Source: Balanoglossus misakiensis
Lineage: Eukaryota > Animalia > Hemichordata
Assembly: GCA_040954595.2 (NCBI GenBank)
Contig: CM082580.2
Coordinates: 12,538,909-12,602,908, forward strand
DNA length: 64,000 bases
Reading direction: 5' to 3'
Below the pieces are notes generated by a model. The model worked only from the letters and a program-made list of their open reading frames with translations, was not told the origin of the DNA and did no database searches. This document shows positions 50,238 to 64,000 of this stretch, in pieces; position 1 is the stretch's first letter; the number at the start of each line of letters is the position of its first letter. The translations under genes were made by a program, and so were the position numbers.

Positions 50238-51395
50238 GCCTTCAAGTTTCAATATGCATTTGTATATGTAATATTATGTATTGATTGAAACACTTTTATA
50301 TTGTAACAGTTTCAATTGCTCCTTTTAATAAGCGATGAAACTCTGTGTTAAGTTACAGGTCACACGAACCAGGTATCAGTCTTTTTCATAAGCAGAAAAA
50401 GAGAAAAGACTCATGTGCATATAATTAAGATTATCTTGGGACCCTTTTCATATACTCTTTAAAAATTAACATAATACTTAAAAAAACATAGCAATTTTGT
50501 TTTACTTTTTAGTGGAGTTTTGTCTGTAACTAGCTGTTAGGGTTGCTTTGCTTACACTAATTAATGCAATTAAATTTTACCTTCATAAGGTCACAATCAT
50601 TAATTTTCTTTGCTTTGTGTGAACACCTTAGACTATAAAGCACAAAATTGGTGTTTCCTTTTCACAATTTTTCTTGAACTCACTGTAGGCTTCTCTGCTT
50701 CTTTTGAACAGTTAATAACAGCTACATGTAAGCTATATCCTATGCAATTAGTGCTGTTCTATGCAACCAGCCCCAAAAATCTTGATCCTGAGGCTGAACA
50801 ATGGAGACTGTTTTGGCGGTGACCAGGTAGACAGATGTATACTGTTGCCCTCATCATGGCCAGACAGTATGTGCTTACTGTCACATTCAGTATGCACATC
50901 AGTTGGTCCAAGTGTGTGAGTTACATTTAGCTCTTATATACAATCTTTGTTGATCTCTGGTGTTTAAGAATTTTCACAAAAGTAATGACGATCTGGTAAT
51001 ATTACTGTAAAACTAAAGCAGCTGTTGTAATCCAATATTGACTTCAACATTTTTTGCATAGTATGTGTATTTGCTCCTTTGGCAAGATGCAAGTTGGTTA
51101 ATTTTGATTAAAATTGGCTCTCATACACATTCTGGTCTGTGCGTCTTCTTATATCTCATGTGATTAAAATTCAAATCCCATTCCAATTTCAACCTGTCAG
51201 TCCCGTTTCCTTTCTCACGGGTTGAGATTTGCCATTGAAAACAATTGGATCAAACCAAGTGATATTGGTTAAAGGGTGAAATGTGTGAAAAGTGTCACAG
51301 TACAGGTATGTGCACAGTAAACGTTGTGGACTTGAAAAGTTTCAGTACAGACATCAGTGTTTACTTTCATGGCAGGTATCTCTGCGGAAGCTTTC

Positions 51396-51406
51396 TCCCC
51401 CCCCCC

Positions 51407-51442
<36 letters not shown>

Positions 51443-51443
51443 C
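51396..51443. repeat. Poly-C followed by (CT)n simple repeat
   Basis: Directly visible. Confidence 0.9.
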
Positions 51444-53600
51444 AACAATACAAAGGTTTTCCATTCTATCGCCACTTGAGGGCGCTATCGATAGGATCAT
51501 AAAAACTTGCATGTGCATGGTGTGTGATCCAATGAAATCGTGGTTCGGTTTTAGTTTAAGAAAAGCAATTATTTTTGGAGCTTTCGGATTTACGGGAAGG
51601 TATGACAGAGGTTGGATGTAAAAAATAGACCCTGCCTACCACCGGTTTTCTACAAATTGTAAGGCCTGCCTGCGCTCTTGCAGTCATTTATAAAGTTGAT
51701 CCCTCTTTCAAGGTCAAATTGGTTAATGAGGTCACCTGACCTATAATGCCAAGTTTAATTAGAACTACAATTCTTACAAATACACATGGTATGTATGTCT
51801 GATGGAATTGTCGCTATTTTAATGAGTGACTAACTACAGAGAGTAATAATAGAAATATTACAATAGCATGTTCCTATACACTTTTCCGGGGAAATGATCG
51901 TTGCTTGCCTCGACTTGTCACCGTATCTTGTCTTGGCTTGTCACCCATGCAGTGCACGATTCGTTTTGCATACATAGGCTACATTACATACACACACACT
52001 ACGTACGTATGCACACACACACACGCACACTTGTGCGCATGCTTGCCACGAGGAATACCTGATGACAAATGGCACTTATCGTAGCTCCGGTGACCAAAAC
52101 AAGATTACCTTCCGACACAGTGACACTAAAGTTCCGTCCACCATTAATTCTTCGCAAAACCAAGCAATTTTGTCTTTCTTTGGTTTGCCACACTTTAAAC
52201 ATGGTACTGTCACGATGTACTACTCAACCCTTACATCCAAATATTGTTTTATCCCCAACCTGTGCCACGCATTCTCACTTGTATAGGGTCTTGAACTAGC
52301 ATCAGTTCTATCAAATTATCTTCAGGGCCCTCGCCACCCAATATTATGGAAATATTCATAACGTCTGTATAGCACATTTTTCTTTGTATTATGTTTTTGA
52401 GTCGTTATTGTTGTCAACTTTCCCAGTTTGGCAGCGTTACATAATGCACCTGTCGAGAACAAAAGTGTCCATTGTATATAATCATGGCCGAGAAGAGAAT
52501 TTCTTCTTGTTATACAAACTCCTGTTATTGTTTTAATATTCACTGACATCGCCGGTATTTTATTCGTAAGCTAGAACAATTCAAGACAATGCCTTTTCAT
52601 TCATGACATTAAAAGACTAGTTTTCATTCAGTTTCATGGATTAAAGTGTATCAACAACACGAGAATTCGGATATTTTTACTATAAGCTTACTGCGATTAT
52701 TTTTAAGTTTTGTTTGAAAATACTACAATTTTAGGTACACATGCCCGTTCCTTTTCCGTATTCAACGATCTATATTTGGGTTTTGCTGCGGAGATTAACC
52801 AGTTCCGAAAAAAAGTCCGAGTTTTTTCCTACGTTCCACAGCATTGTTACTGTAAAGTCGTTATTTCACGTGTGTCTGCATTGCTTCATTCAGTCATGCT
52901 TCGATCGCTATGATTGTTGTAATTTCATTCAGACAAATGCAAGGAGGGGTCCTGATATTTCCTTCAAAGCGCCGTGGTGTGTGACACCCTGTTCACTGTT
53001 TCATAGTTTTTGTTTATTCTCTGTGTGAACCACAGATTCTACTCGATATCCCGAAGCACTAGGAAGTTTCCAGTATTCGGCTCATCAACTGAGCCCCTGT
53101 GCCAACGGCCACCGCTGTTATTGTTGAAAGTTAAATTTGAGTCCGCACTTGAATTCGTTCTTCAACAGGAACGGTGGTCTTTACACATAATGCGATATAT
53201 GTTTAAAAAGCAAAACACCGGACAATTTAAGCATGCATATGCTACAGCTATTTGAATAAGAAATAAAACAGAACCAAAAGACCAAAATAGACACCTGATG
53301 ATTCTTTAAGGCCTCATTTATCATTTCCGTATAATATATATGGCTCTCTGGCCTCCAATCACATGATCACCTGTCCCGTTGAGTTAGATGTCGCTTTGTT
53401 CTTTGCTTGTAAGGGCGGGGGAACACGCTCAGTCAGATTGTTCTTCGTTGGCATTACTACAAAAGCGCTCTTACTGCAAAGTTGCGTTTCGTCTAACTTT
53501 AGAAAAGCACTGTGTGGTACGGTGTAAGCTCTTGACTGACAGACCGCGGTTCGCTTTATTTTGTGACCACTTCTCGGTCTGCATATCGTCGACTGTTGTG

Positions 53601-56600
53601 ATGGTGACGGTCACGGTAGCAACGACGTCGCTTTATTTCTGTTTGTTTTTGGCGGCGCCTGTCTGGTCGCTGGAAAAGTCCTCTCTCCCGCAAGTGGACG
53701 CTTCTTCTACGGACACCGGCGACGCAGGTCGACTTTCACACACCGGCCTGCCCTCTCCGGCGATTTTCCTCGGCCAGCTCGTTCGGGAGTACGGAAGAGA
53801 TGGAAAACTGTCAATTCAACAGTTGGAGCAATTCTTGCTCAAACTGAACGTCGGTCGGAATTCGGCCGAGGCCCAGAAGACCGCACCCAGTAGCAAGGAC
53901 TTCAACAGACGAAATGATGAAGATGAATCGGGGGCAAAAAATATGCACAGCTATTCACAGTTGCAAATGATGGATGATGATGGCCCGCAAACAGACGGGC
54001 GGGTGAGAAATTTTAATTGGGTTATTTGCTCCATTCTGTACGTGTTCTGGCCACGTCAGTGAAAAGCTGTTAATTTTAGCTTTTAACTTTTCAGCATGGA
54101 CTCAAAACTGGGTTCTGCTTCTCATCAAAGCGTGTGTAATTTTAATCATTGCTCAGACGACTAATGGATTTAAGATACACTACGCGGGGCTGTGTCATTA
54201 CACTATACGCTCCGTGGAGCAGTTGACTCGCAAAAACAAAATAGCCTAACCTCTTAAAAAACTTTTTTTCGGTCAAAGCCTTGAACTATATGTGTGGGTT
54301 GTGGTTTGGTCACGCGCACTCAGGCGTTTGATCGCGATCGATGCCACCACCGAACGTGAATGAAAATGTCCAGGTGGGCGGAGTTATCCACGATAGTTCT
54401 GAGTGACAGGCTGTGATGCATAGTCGTTGTGGTCCTACCTTTGCGACAAATGTTTGGCATTACACTGAAAAGGGGTGCCTTATATAATATCCGTGGTTCA
54501 AATGCAGGAAATATCGCCATGTTTGCATTAATGGCACTGACTCTGGCTGTTCTGCTAGGGTGCTCGGGTGCCATATCGGGTTTGTTTTATTTTCCTTAAC
54601 ACAGTGCTACTCTACATCTGAACTTCTGCAAATCCACGACCTAGAGCCCACAGATGAGGTTGACCGCTACAAGATGTCGGAGATGTGTCCCGCCATCCTC
54701 CAACAAATCGGAATGGGCTGTGGCAGCGACGAGAAGGGGACACGAATTGATGACGACGATGATGACGATCCCATGTTTGAAGGATCATGGCTGCACAGAA
54801 TTTCACGGAGTGCAGACGACGACCATCATGATGATCACCAAAGTAACAATACTGGTCCACCTCCAACATCTGGTGAAAGTAAGCCTATTTTTTATATACG
54901 CACACGCCCGAATCATTTAGCAATGCTTTAATTCACAGGCTCATTTCCCATTAGCATGTGACTAAATGTTCTAAATCAGTATCGTCATGCATCTGCAAGC
55001 AAGGGGGGAGTGAAAATTGTAGTGGGGTACACCTGCCCGACTAAGTGTGGTTCCCTGATTAGACCAGATTGTGCAGCTGACGACGACGTTCTTATTATAT
55101 TTTGACTGTGGTGATTGCATAAATATTCGTCTTTTTAATTACCCCCTTTGCCAATTTTCAGTCTGGGGTTATGGCATCCTTGGCGTTGTTGTCATCAGTG
55201 CTTGCTCGTTGGTGGGAGCGTTGGTTGTACCAGCAATGAACAAGTCCCATTTCCAGTACATGCTGATGTACTTGATCTGTCTAGCCGTGGGAAGTCTATC
55301 GGGTGGCGCCATAATCCATCTTGAACCCAAGGTACGTAAGCTTGGCCGATTTCGGGAGAAAGCCATACATTCTCAGAACCACGTTCGTGTTCTTACGACA
55401 CAAGCTATTGATTCATACATGTACATAATGCAGACACTCTTGTACTCTGACTGATAGTGCATATCAGTGCGTGCCCAGGGTACGTGCACACCTATTACAC
55501 GTGGAGCAGCTTGCATCATCGCCCATATTGCATGTTAAAGGTGGGCGGGTATCATGATGCATGTTGAGTGAGAACAGAGGGCACGTGAATGAACGTTTTG
55601 GGGGTGACTACACCTGTACGATTTGCCCATCCTTGTCCCCCCTCCAATTTCAGTCACACGGAACCCACCCGGATCTCGAATATCGTCTGAAGAGTTTGAC
55701 AATTATCGGAGGCATATATCTGTTCTTCTTCACTGAAAGAATCATGAAGATGTGCATAGCAGCGAAAAAGGTAAGACACACCTACACGATCCCCAAGCTC
55801 TTGACATAATCGTTGTGTTGGTGTTACCCTAGCTGATATTCGTTCTTATGATATATGATTTGACAGGATATCTCATCGTGGCTTATTTCATTTTTCCCTT
55901 TATTTCCTTCACAGAGGCGAAAGGAAAACAGGAAAAAGTCAGCTAAGTTTCCCAAAAATGAGAGCGAACTTGTTCTCATTGTCAATGGAAAAGAACATGT
56001 GACCGAAACATCATTTCAGGTGAGTTCAAAACTGCCGCGTTTCATTCCCACATTCAAACGCAACAAGTCAGTATTTCCGGACACAAAGACTCAGAGAGTA
56101 CGGAACCAACACTTGTGGAATATGGTTCAACTGATATCCGGCAGTATCAAAAGCAGGACGTGTCACATGGATTTTGTACATCCTCCGAGAACAAAGTCTC
56201 TTTGGACTGTTAAGTTTACAAACCTGCAAACATAATCCAAGCCAATGTTATTCATAATAAGCAAATGATACTATTGTCTTATATATTAAAGGAAAACAGC
56301 ACCAAGACCACAAACATGACGAACGGCCCTGCATTGGGCTTAGACCATAAAACGTGTGGTCATGATCACATGGCGCTGGTCGAAACCAATGGGATCGCTT
56401 CGGTCGCCTATATGATTATCATCGGTGACGGCCTTCACAATTTCATGGATGGATTGGCCATAGCTGCCGGCTTCTCCACTTCTCTCATCAGCGGACTCGG
56501 AATTTGCATCGCTATTCTGTGCGAGGAGTTCCCTCATGAACTGGGTGAGTGTGGTTTATCAGGAACTGATTGTCTGTCCCTTAGTAGTTCTGTCTGTTGG

Positions 56601-57187
56601 ACTGTGTGACTGATTGACCCATTCTCTCTCTCTCCTTGCAGGAGATTTTGCCATTTTGCTAAATGCCGGCATGTCGGTGAAGAAAGCCTTGCTGTGCAAC
56701 TTCCTATCAGCCTGCATGTGTTTCGTTGGCTTGGTGTGTGGAATTTTGCTGACCGAATACACAGACGCCGCAAGATGGATCTTTGCCATTACTTGCGGAA
56801 TGTTTCTCTACATCGCCCTCGTCGATATGGTGAGTATTGTACAGTATGTGTATCTGGGCGAGTGAATCTGGTGCCTTTTGTGGCTCTATCACAGGGAAAC
56901 GGGATTCCGCTTGGCACTTAATTTCCCTAGGCGGACAGAATTCGCCGCTTCAAGATGCTTCGAGAAACCCAATGATTATAGTTTTTTTTTTTATCGGCTG
57001 ATTGCTGTACCTGTCCTTTCCATTGCAGCTTCCTGAAATTAACGTCGCAGAGGAAAAACTGGAGAATGTTACCTGGACCACACAGGCATGCATTTTCCTG
57101 CTCCAGAATCTTGGATTACTGACAGGCTGGGGTATTATGCTTGTCATTGGAGTCTTCGAGTCCAGCATCAAACTTAAGAAATTGTAA
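53601..57187 (+). CDS. ZIP8/ZIP14-like (SLC39A) metal importer, tandem copy 2
   Basis: Exons 53601-54002, 54605-54878, 55162-55331, 55654-55770, 55915-56019, 56292-56544, 56642-56829, 57029-57187 (TAA). Same 8-exon structure and intron phases as copy 1; [17 protein letters not shown] and [11 protein letters not shown] present; frame open throughout. Confidence 0.92.
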
Positions 57188-58074
57188 CGGACCGTACTCT
57201 GCGTGGACGATAGTTGTTACATTTTGGTGTGTTTCGTCTGTACGCCGTCGTCTATGTCGTCGCCCGCCAACTTTTGATTTCTTCTCAGGAACCGTTCAAT
57301 CATATATTGTCTATACGAGATTCAAGGTGTAACTTTGAGTCTGGTTTGGATAAAATACAAAGAAATGGGTGTATTGTGTCGTCTTATTTTGCTTTTACGG
57401 TTAAACAGGTCGGAAACAAGCTTTACCAAGATCTATTAAAGAAAGTGACTTCACCCACAAGCTGTCATTATTGCATGACGTTTTTTTTTCTTTTGTCGTC
57501 TTCTCTTTTCTGCTGTGTTACTTTAGTCGTTGTGAGGCACAGCCCGGATCCCTGCAGTAGACAGTGTTGATCTTAGCCTTTAATGCTACTCTGTTTCAAG
57601 ACAGAAATCAAACCAAATTTTACTGTATTTGTAGGGCCAAAATCACTGACTCGAGTATACGAGTTTAACTGAAATTGTTGCAGTGAAACCAACGAGACCC
57701 CGCGAGATTTCGCGTGGGTAGATAATTTATAGGGGTAGGGGGCATTCTTGTGACACATTGGAAACAACACATATTCTGTCGCATAAATGTCTAATTCTTT
57801 TAATTTGGGCATGAAATGGATTTCTTTCATTTTTATCACTTTAATTCGAATATCTCTCGAGAGAATTTAACCACCTGTAACTGGTCCCTTCACTTTTAGT
57901 GTGATTAGTGTGGTTCTGGGTGTGGCTATGTGCACATGCGCACCTGTCAAAGCATTCGGAGTTAAAAGTGAACAGTATTAAAACAATCAACAGTTACTTT
58001 GACCCTCGAACACAAACACCGCGCTTCCCTCGGTGTATCGTCTAGGTGCTTTTTTTTTATCATCCACTGTGAGA

Positions 58075-62430
<4,356 letters not shown>

Positions 62431-63295
62431 TAGAAGTCTTAATGGAAGGTGAACTTCCGATGGTATTGCATATTGGTGACGCGGGGTTTAGCAGAGGCAC
62501 ATTATAGGTTGCCCGTCTTTTAATCATACGTTATCGTCCATCGTCATCCTCAATTTGCGATTGTTCCCAGAAGAATCTTGTCCGGAACAGATGATCACCG
62601 GATAGCTTTAAGTTTGATGAAGACAAGATGTGACAAAGTTCGCGCGTTATTGTGTATCTTGAGGTATTTTGTCAATCCCGACCTTTTTTTGTTTTATTAG
62701 TGTTTTATTCAGTATCACTTGACGCGTGTGACCAATCAATGCATTATTTACATGGTTACCGGCGCTGTAAAAGTGAACACTGTGATTAGAGAAGTATTAA
62801 ATAAACTGGAAGGAGAATAAATTACTGTATCGGCGGGTTCTCGATTAACAATTTGAATATCTACAAATATATGCCTCAGTGGCTACTAACACAAATATAT
62901 ATTAATTCAATGCATGAACGAAAACCAGCAATGTCCCTAGGGACTTTTTTATGGGGAAATGTTTATTTTTACAACATGGTTAGCGATATTGTTATTTCGA
63001 AAATGGCGTTTTCTAAACCAGTGAATGGGTTAATGTTGGAGGGGAATGTTAGCATATGAAGATTGTCTGTTGGTGCTAAATATAATGTGTATTATATAAC
63101 TTTAAAATGTTATCTAACTTTTGCAGACATTGAAATAAAGGGAGGTGGTCGTCAGAACTGCACATGCGTCATGTTTCTTTCCCTTCAACCAATATTGGAT
63201 GATAACGTCCGGATATAATATACGTGTAATTGTTTCTTCTTTGTATGCATATCTCTTTGCTGGCCATCCCACACTTTCTTTCATTTCTAGGCATG

Positions 63296-64000
63296 TTACA
63301 TCAACGTGGTTGTGTTAGGCGGCGGTGCAAAATACTGCCGTAGATAGATCGCCCAGTAGATAACATTAAAAGCCAGGAATGAAGCCGGAAACATGACTTT
63401 GGCCACATTGTCAATTCGTAGTGCACTACACACCTTCTTCTCTTTTGTTTGCACATGTCGTCTGCTTTTCCTCTCATCATTCATGAGAGTGGCTAGCGAT
63501 GGCTGAAGCTCGTCGTTTTCCTGTTTCATGTACCTGGGTACGTGTTTTGTGTCCAAATTGATGTTATAGTTCAACGTTGAATCCTGGAATGGAAAAAAAA
63601 AAACTTCGAGAGTTTAGAAATAGGGTAGAAACATGGCAAATGCATACTCGTGGATAATTAATATACGCACAAAGAACGACACCAAACTATTCGCATTTAC
63701 CCCCCCCCCCCCCTCACACCTCTTGCGTTATGGGCTTGTGGGAATCATTAACTTACGATGCTCTTTATCCGAATCTTCTGCTTTTCTTCGTCTTTGCCCC
63801 GCCTGTGCAGGTAGTTTGCCGCGGCAAACTCGAGCAAGGCAGCAAACACAAACACTAGACAACAGGACATCCAGATGTCGATGGCCTTGACGTAAGACAC
63901 CTTAGGCAGGGTCTCATTGGCTCCCGAACTCTGCGTCGTCATGGTGAGTACGGTCGTTATCCCCAGGGCGACGCGCGCGGGCGAGGAGTCGGCGCTGATC
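63296..64000 (-). CDS. Cys-loop ligand-gated chloride channel, glycine receptor alpha-like (3' part only)
   Basis: Exon >64000-63757 encodes [26 protein letters not shown] (M2 with the anion-selective PAR motif) and [33 protein letters not shown] (M3). The last exon 63583-63296 encodes [25 protein letters not shown] (M4) and the stop. Confidence 0.9.

Noticed and set aside
54591-54604. U12-type branch-point-like TTTCCTTAAC before a ZIP copy 2 acceptor, tempting given the nearby SNRNP35
   Set aside because: It is only 4 nt from the 3' splice site and the donor is GTGAGA, not RTATCCT. All introns I assembled look like U2-type GT-AG.

Overview
This is eukaryotic, intron-rich animal genomic DNA, probably from a non-vertebrate deuterostome (inferred from the vertebrate-like orthologues, compact introns and repeat style). 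The ORF track only captures exon fragments, so I assembled the genes by hand from GT-AG boundaries and reading-frame continuity. In order: RFX6 (+, 16 coding exons found, first exon not located); SNRNP35 (-); a membrane-anchored prolyl 4-hydroxylase-like 2OG-Fe(II) dioxygenase (-); an AQP11/12-type superaquaporin (+) with two nested MITE-like elements in its intron; AAAS/Aladin (-) head-to-head with CYP20A1 (+); three tandem ZIP8/ZIP14-type (SLC39A, EEFPHE) metal importers (+); and the 3' end of a glycine-receptor-like Cys-loop chloride channel (-). The most notable signal is a canonical iron-responsive element (IRE) hairpin plus two degenerate sister hairpins at ~218-bp spacing in the probable 3' UTR of the first ZIP gene. 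That gene also has MRE cores around its TATA box and a His12 loop. The two downstream paralogues lack the His loop and have no IRE I could find, and they show a gene-conversion-like mosaic. Together this suggests a partitioned, metal-regulated uptake cluster. All homology calls come from recalled family motifs; no searches were run.
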